A DNA stretch of 63,722 nucleotides, the filler included. It is 23 parts of 23 records of this genome, joined end to end, with 100 filler letters (N's around TTAATTAATTAA, not from the genome) between each part and the next. Parts side by side here need not be neighbours in the genome. Positions count along the whole stretch, not along the records: positions 1 to 3,511 come from SRR36015645_53949; positions 3,612 to 7,381 come from SRR36015645_54866; positions 7,482 to 10,815 come from SRR36015645_55094; positions 10,916 to 13,333 come from SRR36015645_55730; 19 more parts are not named here. The stretch is one strand, 5' to 3'. The number at the start of each line of letters is the position of its first letter. The stretch's first letter is position 1. The position numbers and the translations under genes are program-made. The notes under the pieces were generated by a model that saw only the letters and a list, made by a program, of their open reading frames with translations, was not told where the DNA came from and ran no database searches. Below are positions 1 to 11,494 of the stretch, piece after piece.

Positions 1-921
1 GCGGCCATATTGGCGGCCATCTTGGATTTTCAACGTAATCACTTGGGACAAGATAACTCGGCACTCGGATAAGATATTGAAGTAGAATAAAGTTCTACAT
101 GCTCAGAATGAACAGGACAAACTTTTCTAGCATGCTTTTGATGATATCTAACCTGGAAGTATGATATCTGGTTTTTTGGAGTACAAATAAGCATTTTCGT
201 AGGCGTAAAATGAATAAGCATGACCATAAAAAATGAAATAGTACTTCAGTAACCTAATCCATGCTCAATTATTTTAGTCATATTATACTGTAAATGCATG
301 CCAAGTTTCAATGGTGAAACATGAATACTTTTTGAGAAATCCTGTCCCAAATGTCAAAAAACATCAATATTTAGAAAACGGAGAAAATTCAGTTCAAAGA
401 TACAAAAATATGTTCTTGCTATAACACATATATATTTCATAATTTCTGTACAAGATAATTCACTCCTAGAGTATCCTTTGCCACTGGATATAGCCTAGAT
501 GTTCAATAAATGTAAATTTTACACTGTAGCTACATCTGAGCCAGTAAAGTAAAACATGCAAGTGTGTTTCGCGGAATAGGCCTAGTCGTGACTCCACAGA
601 AAATTAGGCCTACTATGACTGGAACTCATTTTCAATATTGCATCTAAGGAATATAAGTTGAACAATGTACATAGGTATATAACTATGGAGTGTGTAAGCT
701 GGTTATTCTAAAAAAAATGTATTCCTTATTATAGGCCTACTGAAAAACACGCAAATTTACGTAACTAGCATGTAGGCCTATATTTGAAATTCTGATTGTA
801 GCATTGTACGTAATTTATAAGCATTGGGCCATATGCAAAACAGTAAATTTATTAAAGAACTAACTTATTCACCTCTGTTAGTCTAGGCCTATTTGAAAGT
901 TTGTGCAGTTTTTAGGCCAAC

Positions 922-2880
922 TCAAAAGTCACCATATCCAGCCTCATACTGTCGTCCTTCAGCAGCCTCACTACGGCGTGCATGCTCACGACTCGCTAAC
1001 GCTCGTTTTTCGCGACGTTTCCTTTGCGGTTTTGCCTGCATACGCTCCGCTTTCTTCAACCGTGCTGTGTCGATCTTCTTGGCAAGTTTTTCACTTTGCG
1101 GCGAAAATGAAACATCTAGCGATTCAGCTACCTCCTGAATACGTCGCGCACCTGCAGAATACTGTGCAATCCCCGACGCGACCGATGCCCGGATACGAGA
1201 AAAACCGAAAAAAACAGTTTTCGGACACGAGTGCCACACAACACTATGAAGACTTTCATTGGGGTTTTGCGTTAGGTGGAGCAAACAGCACTCTAGCAAG
1301 TCGTCGGCTGTCAAGCGTTCGTATATTGGGTGGAGTTTTGCTGCCGTTTCCTTCGACAGAGGTGTCTTGATCATTTCCTTATGTGGCTCGAATGGCAGCT
1401 CATATGCTGCCGCTTTGTTGAAAAAACACCATGAATTCCTCCCAGAGGGGCACAGTCTATGGTTGTAGTTATTGTCCGTACTTTGGCAGTGGTGCCAAGT
1501 TGCCCACGCCGCATCACGCTTTTGTCCAACAGTTTCTCCAACACGCAAAGCACGGCCGTAATAACGGGTCAGTTTATCTATTGTCTTGCCGGGAAGAGCC
1601 CCTTTTCCCAACGAGCTCTTTATCTTGCGCAGTGCGGAGCCCATTCGCTTGCTCACATGCGTGAGGCATTCCTCTTTAGGAACGGGATACTCGTCGCCGT
1701 ACGGGTTCAGCGCAACGACACTTTTGTGCGATGCACTGTCTCCGTCCCCAACAAATGGCCTCAAGCGCATTCCATACTCGAGCGAACGACTCCATTCAAT
1801 GGTTGCCAGCTTAGCTTCAATTGCCTTAGCACTGCCGTCAAAATTTTTGCTGCACTCATCTCTGCGTAGATGGTCAGCATACCACTCGCGATACACTTCT
1901 GAGTCATTTCCTAAAGCGAAAGCATTGAGAGCACACATGTGGCAGTACCGGCTGAGTACGTCATAGTCTATTGGCAGGCGCGTACGCACTTCGATGACCG
2001 CAGCGAAACCATATAATGACGTAAAACCCCGCTTCATGTATGAGCCGTCGAAAATTGCTGGCACGTCGATGATACCGTCTTGCCCAATTTCCACGTCCGG
2101 ATCATCTTCATAGACTTTCCGCACAATCTCCCTATTTTTACGCAAAATGTTGTTAGCATGCTCAATACGGGCTGCATTTACAAGTTTTTGGATTTTGTAA
2201 TATGTCTCTTCAGACATTGTAGGTAGGCCCACACAAACACTGAATCGTTCCAGTCCCGTTTCACCAAAACCAAGATCACTCGCCGCCATAACCATCTCTC
2301 TGTTTATCTGAAAGGGGGCTTGCGTGGACGCCGCGTCTCCGACTCGGTCAGACGTATAAAATGTATGCGAAAAATCACATCCTTCAACAGTGCACTCTAC
2401 TATCATACGATTCGCATACCCGTAGCGGCTACCAGATTGAACTGAAACGTCATGATTACTGTCATTTTTGCAGCCGAGAGCTTTCACAAGATTGTTTAGC
2501 TGAGTATTTGAGAAAATAAAGTACTTTTGTGCAGGCTCAGCTGCACAAATGTTCACTCCTGCCTCAATCCCCTGACCAGCTGGGTCACCGTCACCCTGGC
2601 CACGCTCGCGATGTGCCTGATGTAAATCAAACTTTACCCTAGTTGCTGAAGGGCCTGCAACCTCTTCCACACCACCACCAGCATGTCTAGGCCTAACATC
2701 AGCCTGTACAACCTGAGGCCGGTCGCGAACAATATTGTCATTGTCACCATGCTGAGCATGTTGAGCATGCTCGTCAACATGCTCGTCTGCCTGCCGCTCA
2801 TCGCGTTCCCAGCGGTTTTTAGCACTCTCTGAAGCTTTCCTCTTACGTGAGGCTTTACTAGGTGGTCGGTACTTTGGCAT
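922..2880 (-). CDS. Mutator-like (Kolobok-type) DDE transposase, complete 652-aa ORF
   Basis: ATG-to-stop ORF. Motifs FDGSYMKRGF, YCHMC, CSKNFDGSAKAIEA, FVGDGDS, KEECLTHVSKR, HRLCPSGRNSWC and TQNPNESLH match this transposase family. Basic N- and C-termini. Confidence 0.8.
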   Translation of the reverse strand: MPKYRPPSKASRKRKASESAKNRWERDERQADEHVDEHAQHAQHGDNDNIVRDRPQVVQADVRPRHAGGGVEEVAGPSATRVKFDLHQAHRERGQGDGDPAGQGIEAGVNICAAEPAQKYFIFSNTQLNNLVKALGCKNDSNHDVSVQSGSRYGYANRMIVECTVEGCDFSHTFYTSDRVGDAASTQAPFQINREMVMAASDLGFGETGLERFSVCVGLPTMSEETYYKIQKLVNAARIEHANNILRKNREIVRKVYEDDPDVEIGQDGIIDVPAIFDGSYMKRGFTSLYGFAAVIEVRTRLPIDYDVLSRYCHMCALNAFALGNDSEVYREWYADHLRRDECSKNFDGSAKAIEAKLATIEWSRSLEYGMRLRPFVGDGDSASHKSVVALNPYGDEYPVPKEECLTHVSKRMGSALRKIKSSLGKGALPGKTIDKLTRYYGRALRVGETVGQKRDAAWATWHHCQSTDNNYNHRLCPSGRNSWCFFNKAAAYELPFEPHKEMIKTPLSKETAAKLHPIYERLTADDLLECCLLHLTQNPNESLHSVVWHSCPKTVFFGFSRIRASVASGIAQYSAGARRIQEVAESLDVSFSPQSEKLAKKIDTARLKKAERMQAKPQRKRREKRALASREHARRSEAAEGRQYEAGYGDF

Positions 2881-3030
2881 TCTACAGTTTTTTTATATAA
2901 TTTCACGCTAGAAAACAAAATGTTTTACGATAAACGTTTATTTTTCACATTTGTTGACAAAGAAAATCAGAACGACGCCATGACACCTCCTCGGAAATAC
3001 ACGGAAATATACGAACGTACATGAGCGCGC

Positions 3031-3190
3031 TGATTGGCTACGAATGGCTGCCGAAGTATTGGGGCGCTCCCATTGGCTACCGAATATCGCCGATCTTTCC
3101 CGAACGCTGCCATTGGCTATCAGAATATCAGCTCATTATTTATGCACGATTTCGTCACTGAAACTATGCGCTGAATGGCTAGAATATTAG
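3031..3190 (-). promoter_or_regulatory. Cluster of CCAAT boxes upstream of the transposase
   Basis: ATTGGCTA (TAGCCAAT on the minus strand) at 3033, 3072 and 3112, about 40 bp apart, plus the variant AATGGCTA near 3174. Several are followed by GAATAT. Located 150-300 bp upstream of the ATG. Confidence 0.5.
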
Positions 3191-3511
3191 GTTCTCGCCG
3201 GTTGCCTACACCATATATGGAAAGCCCACGTGCCAAGCTTTATTTTGAAGTATGAACCGTACACGTGCGTGCCCGGATAGCAGGATGAATAGGGGTTGTA
3301 AATGGGGTATTTTGGGGGTATAAATGGGAAAAATTCCTTCTTGTTGAAGTTTTTGAGAGGAGTAGGGGTAACATAACGTCAAAAATTAGCATGAATATTC
3401 AGTAAATAGCATAAAATAAACTTAGAATTTCATTTTATAACATGTTTAGGTACAAAAAATATGCAAAAACACAGAATGCAATTTTTTTGATAAAACAACA
3501 TTTTTCGACTT

Positions 3512-3611
3512 NNNNNNNNNNNNNNNNNNNNNNNNNNNNNNNNNNNNNNNNNNNNTTAATTAATTAANNNNNNNNNNNNNNNNNNNNNNNNNNNNNNNNN
3601 NNNNNNNNNNN
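3512..3611. other. Artificial contig-joining spacer N44-TTAATTAATTAA-N44 (first of 22)
   Basis: Identical 100-nt spacer with stops in all six frames. Copies start at 3512, 7382, 10816, 13334, 15587, 18415, 21742, 24535, 26902, 29098, 31505, 33707, 36823, 39025, 41770, 45228, 47419, 49537, 51814, 55129, 57483 and 61095. Confidence 0.99.
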
Positions 3612-3997
3612 CGCCCTTTTTGACCGCGCCCGTCGCGCGTCGGTAAAAAATTGCAAAATAGCATATTTTCCCTTCCTTTTGACCAAATTAATCCAAGTAA
3701 AAAGTTATACCCATATTTTTTGAGGCGTAGAGTCGTTTAAAACATGTTAAGAGCACTTATGACAGCTACAAATTGCAATAATGCATGTTTTTTGTCCAAA
3801 ATTGGCATTTTTCATGAATTTTAGACAATAATTTCTATGGAAGAAGCATATTTTTAAAGGTATTACACACCATGCACTTGTATATTCTTACACTGTACAC
3901 TATATATACACCCAATACAATCATATTTAAGCATTAATAATATACATTTTTCTTTTATTTCAGATTGATATTCGCCATTCCAACAAACAGTAACAGG

Positions 3998-6900
3998 ATG
4001 TCCAAGCGGAAACGTACAGCAAAACATACGATACACTGTGGGCAACATGGTGGAGATGCTGATAACTGTGAACAGTGTGTTGTTATAAAGCCTCTTGATC
4101 GTTTTACCTTTTCCAAGCTTCCAAGGAATGAAGACGTACTGGGTAGATTACTGGCAATGAATGCAGAGGAACCGTATAAAAGTAATGTTAATGATGTAGC
4201 AATGACAGTTGCCTACATATGGGTACTAAGCAATGTTTACACCAAAGCTCAGCGCCATGTTCACAAAGATGTGGAGAAGTTGTGGGAACATTTCAAAGGT
4301 CTACAGAAATACTCGACGAATAAGAAGGGACCTACATTTCTTACCAAATTAAAAGATTTCAAGGAGACTTTATCAGGACTGTTTGATATCAAATGCCATG
4401 ACTTGCAACGCAACAGGAACCAAACTCTGTATTGGGGTGTGAGGATGGAGGAGGAAGACCTGCAATTCTACGAAAACCAAAAATGCACTCCTCCCATTGG
4501 TTATTGCTCAAATTCAGTCGATAGGCATGCTCTTGCTAAAACTATGAGAATGACAAGGAGAATTGCACATGAGACTGAACAGCGCAAAGAGAGTGATAGA
4601 TACAGAGCTGAATTGGAAGGGCTTGTAATGGATGACCATTTAGAATCAGTTATTGATTCTGAACTCGAACCACAAGTTCTTGAAGACAGCACTGACAAAG
4701 ACTATGCCCCAGAGTCAAGTGATTCTAAGAAGAGTAAGAGATACGAGTACCAACCCACAGTGGCTGATGTCAGTGACGATATGCCAAGCAGGTACCGACA
4801 TGTTCGGCATGGACTGCGATCAGTTAGACCAGAAGTTTATAGAGCAGCACATACACTTAACTCTGAGTACCACATGTCTTTGCACCAAATAGAAGGAGCT
4901 TTTGTGGAAATCGGTCGAGTATTTGGTAGAGAGTGGAAAGCGTTCAGGCCAAACTGTACTATAGACAATGACACCCTTCCATCTATGACTAATCTGGTCA
5001 GAACAAGAAACTACGTAGAGGCCATGGCACTGAACAACATTGTCGAAGAGGTAATGAATAGTGATGGTGGGTCAATCACCTATTCAAATGATGGGTCGGC
5101 CTTAAATAGAGTTGGCAGTTATGTCGTACAATCAATAACAGTTAATGGTATACAGAGGGCTTTACCTGCCCTGTCGATTGTGACAGAGTCGCATGAAACA
5201 CTCAAGCAATTGGAGCTGACAACTCTACAAATTCTATCTGCAGCGACCGGGTACAGGTACACAGAAGCTGAAATTGTAAAAAAGATCACTTTTGTTATGA
5301 CAGATAGTACAGCACACAATATTGGTGTGATACAGAAAGTGTGTGAAGAATTGGGTGTGGATGAAGCTGACTGCCCCAAAACATTGCTATGCAACATCCA
5401 TCCTTTGATGTTGTTTCAAAACAAGCTGAAGGAGTTCTACAATGAAATCCAGCAATTGTTTGGCACCAAGAAGCTGGATGACTGCTTCACAGTGGATGTG
5501 GACTTTAAGGACGAAAATTTCATCCTGAAAGCCATTAAGTGTTTAACAAACTTCGTGAATAAGGAGAACAGTGCAAAGCCATGGAATCGTTATTCTCACT
5601 TCTCCCAGTTCATTGCCCCTAAAAACAATGAAACAATTGCACTGAAAGACCACCGTTTCAACCGATTAAATGATTGCTGTCTCGTTGTGTTGTATCATTT
5701 TGATGATATAGCTGAATACCTGGTGAAATTTGAACAGGTGACGAATAATATGGCCATATTGGATCGCAGTTTTGTTGATATTGGGGATGTGCTGAAGCCC
5801 ATATTCTGTGCCACTGCTGTGCTAGGTCACCACATCATGCGTCCGTTCCAGCGACTACTGGTGGATGTGGATAGTACATACGAATCTCTCCTTGTAGCAT
5901 TCCCCAAACTCTATGAAGAGTTATTGGAAACGGATCCTGAACTAATGCTCACTCCTGACCAAGTGTTTAAGTTTGTGCCTGGTGAAATGTTCAAGGATAC
6001 ATTGCCAAAAGACCATTTGCTGACTAACCTTTTCAACTGCAGCAAGGAGTATAAAGACGAGGTGATAAAGATCTTAAGAATCTGTCTTGGGAAATTTCAT
6101 AGAGGATTCGACAAGCAGAAAGGTGCCATTTTTGGATTTGGTAACACTGCAAATGAGGATACTGGCCGTGTGTTGAAAATCGCAAGTTTAGCAGACAGAT
6201 CCATCCTCGCAGACACACCTGTTCACAACCTGGGAGAAGAAAGGAGTGTTGGTATGTTAAACTATGAGTTGAACTTTAGAGGTCGAGAACATTTCAACAC
6301 CAGTTCACAAAACTTGGTTGTCAACAAATCCACTGACTTGATCTCAGATTCTTTTGGGAACTTCAAGAAGTTTAGGAGGCAAGCAAAAGACATCAAAGAT
6401 TTGAAACAGCAATGGAACAAGAAGATGGAAGATATAGAGAAAGAAGGGTTATCCTCCCAAGAAGCTGCTTCCTTGACAGAAGAACGTAAGAAACTGCGTG
6501 ATTTAGAGTTTTTGAAAACCCAAAATCCTCCAGGCCCATTTACCTCAGCCGAGGAAGTCGATAAATACATGAAAAATGCTACTGTCACAGATGCAGAGAG
6601 GAACGAGCGCCTTTATATCGAGGTTAGGTATGCAAAGTCTTCTACTTCGAACATGAAGAGATCCAGTGCAGTGTTCCGGCTGAAGAAGAACTACAAACGA
6701 CTGGACCCAGAGGACTATGCTCACAATCTCCGAGTATACTTTGGCTGCATAAATTCAATCAGCACGATTACACTAGCTGATTTCTCCTACATACTGACTG
6801 GGTTAAATGCTGCTAGTAGTACTATGAGTAATGTGGTATCGACTTCAGAGCCAGCCCCAGAACAGCCAGCCTCGGAACCAGCCTCAGAGTCAGGGCAGCG

Positions 6901-7234
6901 TAACTTGGAGTTGGAGACAGGAGCACACATCGCTGGAGTGTGGTCTGATGAAGCTGATCCTACTGGCCGCACATTGACGTGGTACATTGGTGTGGTCGAA
7001 GCTGTGGACGAAGGTGGTGCCATGGTTTCATACATGGTGCAAACAAACTGCAACAACAAATCCAACTGGATGTATCCTGAAACATCTGCTACATATTACA
7101 CTCCTCGTGATCAGATAATTGCAATGGATTTGTCAGTCGAGTATAGCTGTGCAACAATAATTAGATGTAGATTAAATGCTAAAACAGTCTGTAAACTCGA
7201 TGAACTGCTTAGTGAGTACGTAAAAAGTGTATGA
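3998..7234 (+). CDS. Sola2-like DNA transposase with C-terminal Tudor/SH3-like domain
   Basis: N-terminal W..SNV..K / LFDIKC / EDLQFYENQ block. Acidic catalytic motifs SNDGS, MTDSTAHNIG, LCNIH and PVHNLGEERSVG. C-terminal WYIGVVEAV..VSYM..WMYP. First ATG is at 3998, after a polypyrimidine-CAG acceptor ending at 3963. Confidence 0.6.
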   Translation: MSKRKRTAKHTIHCGQHGGDADNCEQCVVIKPLDRFTFSKLPRNEDVLGRLLAMNAEEPYKSNVNDVAMTVAYIWVLSNVYTKAQRHVHKDVEKLWEHFKGLQKYSTNKKGPTFLTKLKDFKETLSGLFDIKCHDLQRNRNQTLYWGVRMEEEDLQFYENQKCTPPIGYCSNSVDRHALAKTMRMTRRIAHETEQRKESDRYRAELEGLVMDDHLESVIDSELEPQVLEDSTDKDYAPESSDSKKSKRYEYQPTVADVSDDMPSRYRHVRHGLRSVRPEVYRAAHTLNSEYHMSLHQIEGAFVEIGRVFGREWKAFRPNCTIDNDTLPSMTNLVRTRNYVEAMALNNIVEEVMNSDGGSITYSNDGSALNRVGSYVVQSITVNGIQRALPALSIVTESHETLKQLELTTLQILSAATGYRYTEAEIVKKITFVMTDSTAHNIGVIQKVCEELGVDEADCPKTLLCNIHPLMLFQNKLKEFYNEIQQLFGTKKLDDCFTVDVDFKDENFILKAIKCLTNFVNKENSAKPWNRYSHFSQFIAPKNNETIALKDHRFNRLNDCCLVVLYHFDDIAEYLVKFEQVTNNMAILDRSFVDIGDVLKPIFCATAVLGHHIMRPFQRLLVDVDSTYESLLVAFPKLYEELLETDPELMLTPDQVFKFVPGEMFKDTLPKDHLLTNLFNCSKEYKDEVIKILRICLGKFHRGFDKQKGAIFGFGNTANEDTGRVLKIASLADRSILADTPVHNLGEERSVGMLNYELNFRGREHFNTSSQNLVVNKSTDLISDSFGNFKKFRRQAKDIKDLKQQWNKKMEDIEKEGLSSQEAASLTEERKKLRDLEFLKTQNPPGPFTSAEEVDKYMKNATVTDAERNERLYIEVRYAKSSTSNMKRSSAVFRLKKNYKRLDPEDYAHNLRVYFGCINSISTITLADFSYILTGLNAASSTMSNVVSTSEPAPEQPASEPASESGQRNLELETGAHIAGVWSDEADPTGRTLTWYIGVVEAVDEGGAMVSYMVQTNCNNKSNWMYPETSATYYTPRDQIIAMDLSVEYSCATIIRCRLNAKTVCKLDELLSEYVKSV

Positions 7235-7481
7235 TTGAACAATGCACATTATACAGTCGGTGAAGCAAGTCACTATTTGGTAGAAACGGTTTTAAAGTGT
7301 TTTAAATATATCATTTATTAAATATAGCATTTTATTTCGTTATCTTCTTTGGTTTACCCTGCTTAAATGGTGCCCCTGAGCNNNNNNNNNNNNNNNNNNN
7401 NNNNNNNNNNNNNNNNNNNNNNNNNTTAATTAATTAANNNNNNNNNNNNNNNNNNNNNNNNNNNNNNNNNNNNNNNNNNNN

Positions 7482-10400
7482 GCAAGAAAAGTCAATAATT
7501 CAAAAGTTAAACCTACATCGGCGTTTACTGCTCAAATGCAAATGAATTCACACCCTGAATTCGTTTGTTCTGCACTTCATACCACAGTTTATGATGCAAA
7601 GGGCACAGATAAGCGTACTCTCAGCTTCATCGAAGGGGAAGAGCTAGCCACTGAGACAACACCACGCTGCGGAGCATGCAAGTGTGGTAAGTGTCCAACA
7701 GTAGGGCAAACATATTCCTTCAAAGAGGAGCAAGAGCTAAAAATGATCAGGGATAATTTGGAATATGACGACAAAAACGTGTGTTGGAGAACTAGTTATC
7801 CGTGGCTAGTTGATCCAAAGTTGTTACCAGACAACTATAATATGGCATTTAGTACGCTGCGTAACACAGAAAGTAAACTCATGAAAGATCCAGTATGGGC
7901 TACTACATATGCAGCACAGATTCAAGACATGATCGACCGCAACGTAGCTCGGAAACTTACTCCAAAGGAGATAGCTGAGTGGACTGGACCTAAGTATTAC
8001 ATCAGCCACTTAGCGGTAGTAAATCCGCACTCAAACTCGACACCTGTACGTATTGTATTTAATTCCAGTCAAGTACATAAAGGGGTTTCACTAAACTCTT
8101 GCTTAGCAAAGGGACCAGACTGCTATTTGAATAATCTACTTGGGATCTTGCTCCGATGGAGAGAAGGCGATACAGCGGCTGTTGGAGACATAAGGAAGAT
8201 GTTTAACTCCATATACCTGCAGCTACTGGAGCAGCACTGCCACCGTTTTCTTTGGAGAAATTTAGATAACAGTAAGCAACCTGATATTTACGTTATCGAA
8301 CGTGTCAATATGGGCGATAGATCAGCACCAGCTATTAGCTCGGAGGCCATATACCAAACAGCTAGAAAGTTTTATGATGACAGTCCAGCTGCTGCTGACA
8401 TTCTCAGAAATTCTACGTATGTCGATGACATCATTGATTCCTTTCCAAACAGAGAACAGGCTTTCAAGGTAGTCAGTGAGGTTGAGGAGATGCTAAATAA
8501 AGGAGGTTTCAAAGTGAAATGTTGGCAGTTCAGTAACGAAGAATCAACGCGTTCCAGTATTGAAGTACGGGATAAATCAGTTAAATGTACGAATATAACT
8601 GGGATGTTAAAAGGCAGTGCTGAAGGTTTACGAGTTCTAGGTTTGGGATGGAAACCTAAGGAAGATTCGATCATATTCACGGTCACACTAAACTTTTCTG
8701 CAAAGAAAAAAGGCATTCGTACTGGTCCTAACCTGAAAAAGGACGAAATACCAACATTGCTACCAGCAATACTAACGAGAAGAATAGTACTGGAACAAGT
8801 GATGATGATTTATGATCCTCTGGGATTAGTTTCTCCGTTCACTTTGATGGCAAAGATTTATCTACGAGAAACATGGAAATTGCACCTTGAGTGGGACGAT
8901 CCATTACCAGAAAGCTTACATGATAAATGGGTCCATTTCTTCACAAACATGTATGAACTGGAACAACTTAGCTTGCCTCGCTGTCTACAGCCGAAGAATG
9001 CTGAGGGGTTACCATGGTTGATCATACTGAGCGACGGTAGTGATTTGGCATACGGATTTGTTGCTTACATTAGATGGGAACTCACAGATGGAAGCTATTG
9101 GTGTAGACTGATTATGACAAAGTGTAGAATAGCTCCAGTCAACAAAGTATCAACACCGCAGATGGAACTAAATGCTGCCGTGTTGTCTAAAAGAGGAAGA
9201 AAGATTATAGAAAAGGAAACACGTTTCCAGTACGAGAAGGTCATTCAGATAGTAGACTCAGAAACAGTGTTAAACATGATTAACAAAACAAGTACTCGCT
9301 TCAAAGTTTATGAGGGTGTACGAATAGGAGAAATACAAGCTGCAACGAATGGCGATATGTCGTGCTGGGCCTGGATGTCGGGAAAGCACAACACAGCAGA
9401 CTGGCTCACCAGAGGACGTTGTCCAAGTAATCTCAGTGCAGATTCGGAATGGTGGAATGGACCCGACATTCTGTACAAACCGGTAGAAGAATGGGGGTTA
9501 AAGTTTGGTTTGCAAAAGGATGAACCACTTCCCGGTGAGAAAAAGATATTCACAACAGCGGCAACTGCTTCCAAACCAGTTATTATTGAATACCACAGAT
9601 TCAGTAACATAAACAAAGCCATTTGGATGTTAGCAAGAGTGGTGAATGTGTTCAAACACAAATCGTTCAAAGGTGGTCAGCGTGACATGGTAACCGTGGA
9701 AAACCTTAGAAACGCAGAAAATATCATTGTCAAAGATATTCAAAAATCCATGGAACATGAACTAGTAAAACAGGATGCTAAAGGCAGATGCGGTGGTCAA
9801 TACTCTAGACTAACTCCCGTTAAAGACAGTAACGGGCTTTGGGTTGTTGGATCACGTCTGATAAAGTATAATGCAATGACTACAGATAATCAGTTACAGA
9901 AGTTACTGCCTACAACTCACCTAGGAACTCGCTTATTCATGGATCGTGCTCACAGACATGGTCATCGAGGCAGAGATGCTACATTAGCCACGTTTCGACT
10001 ACAATACTGGACACCGCATGGAGACAAAGTAGCAAGGACTGCGAAGAACATTTGCCAGAAATGCAAATTGCTAGATGTTACATTGCTTGCACAAGAAATG
10101 GCACCTTTGCCGGAAGACCGTTTAAAGCCTTGCTCGCCCTTTACCAAGGTCATGGTTGACTTATTCGGGCCATATTTAATTAGAGGCGAAGTGCAGAAGC
10201 GCACAAGTCTGAAAGGGTACGGAGTCATATTTACAGATTTGATAATGCGAGCTGTTCATATTGAAGCTGCGTTTGGTTACGACACTAGCTCATTCCTACT
10301 GGCACTGTCGCGATTTACAAGTATTCGTGGATGGCCAGCTACACTATACAGTGACCCTGGCTCTCAGTTAGTCGGAGCGGATAGGGAATTAAAAAGTGCG

Positions 10401-10815
10401 TGGGATAAAATGGATCGCAAGCAAATAATTGCTAATGGTGTAGCAAATGGCACAAATTGGATCTTTGGACCTGCTGATAGTCCTTGGCATCAAGGTGCAG
10501 TCGAGTCGTTAGTGAAGAATGCTAAACGAGCTATTCATTTTGCAGTGCATAACCAGCGTTTGTCAGGGTCGGAGTTTCTAACAGTTTGTACTGAGGCAGC
10601 AAACCTGCTCAATGAGCGTCCTCTTGGTGCTTTGCCAAAGCAAGATTCTGACATCAACGTCTTGACCCCAAACAGCTTACTATTGGGTCGAGCTCATGCA
10701 AGAAATCCTGGTGGTTGGCTACAATGCTACGATAAAGTAGAAACTCGGTATCAGCTAGTTAACGATATTACAGATCACTTCTGGAAAAAATGGGTTGAGT
10801 TATACGCACCAACCT
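7482..10815 (+). CDS. BEL/Pao LTR retrotransposon pol (RT, RNase H, integrase), truncated at both ends
   Basis: Open from edge to edge. RCGACKCGKC, YYISHLAV, GDIRKMF, YVDD, IYDPLG, SDGSDLAYG, NTADWLTRG, H-H-C-C zinc site, VDLFGP, SDPGSQL, GAVESLVK. Confidence 0.95.
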
Positions 10816-10946
10816 NNNNNNNNNNNNNNNNNNNNNNNNNNNNNNNNNNNNNNNNNNNNTTAATTAATTAANNNNNNNNNNNNNNNNNNNNNNNNNNNNN
10901 NNNNNNNNNNNNNNNTTCCAAAATGATTTCACCAAATTTAGTAATA

Positions 10947-11190
10947 CAATGCTCTCCCCGTTATCTGAACATCCTTTATCCGAACATTCTATTAGCCAAA
11001 ACTTTGGTCCTAGAAGTTCAGATAATGGAAATGTGTAATTCTATTTCTATCTCAACACATGAAATTTTTGATTTTTTTTGCAGGGTCAGTTAAATTTTAG
11101 AGCTACTGGCCCGCAGGTCCAGTTCAAAAAAAAGGTTAATCCTCACCCCTGACCTGGAACCGAACAGATCAGCTAATGGAGGGAGCACTG
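10947..11190. mobile_element. Degenerate Tc1/mariner-pogo-type MITE with TA flanks, containing a hAT-like end
   Basis: Left end TACAATGCTCTCCCCGTTATCTGA versus right-end reverse complement TACAGTGCTCCCTCCATTAGCTGA (19/24 identical). Internal GTTAATCCTCACCCCTG ending at 11151 resembles a hAT CAGGGGTG terminus. Confidence 0.55.
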
Positions 11191-11494
11191 TATACATGTA
11201 TTATATAGGTCTTTGTAACGACAGTGTTAGTTACATAGGCCTATATATCGTATATTTTTGTAGCCAAATACGTCAGTCACAGATGCGGTTTGGTACTGTG
11301 GGCATGTTTCTACTTTTACTTTTTTGCGATACCGAGAATAACAATTGGATATCCAAATAGATGTGTATTTCATACGGAGGATACATGTAGCTACAGCCAT
11401 TCAGTGAGCAAATGGATATCAAACTGAATGTGTGACAATTTGAATAAATGGATAATTATAGCATGTTCGAAGTGGATATGTGAACAGGTGGAAA

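Noticed and set aside
11371-11400. P-element left TIR (CATACGGAGG...)
   Set aside because: The right end is absent, so no inverted repeat or TSD can be verified.
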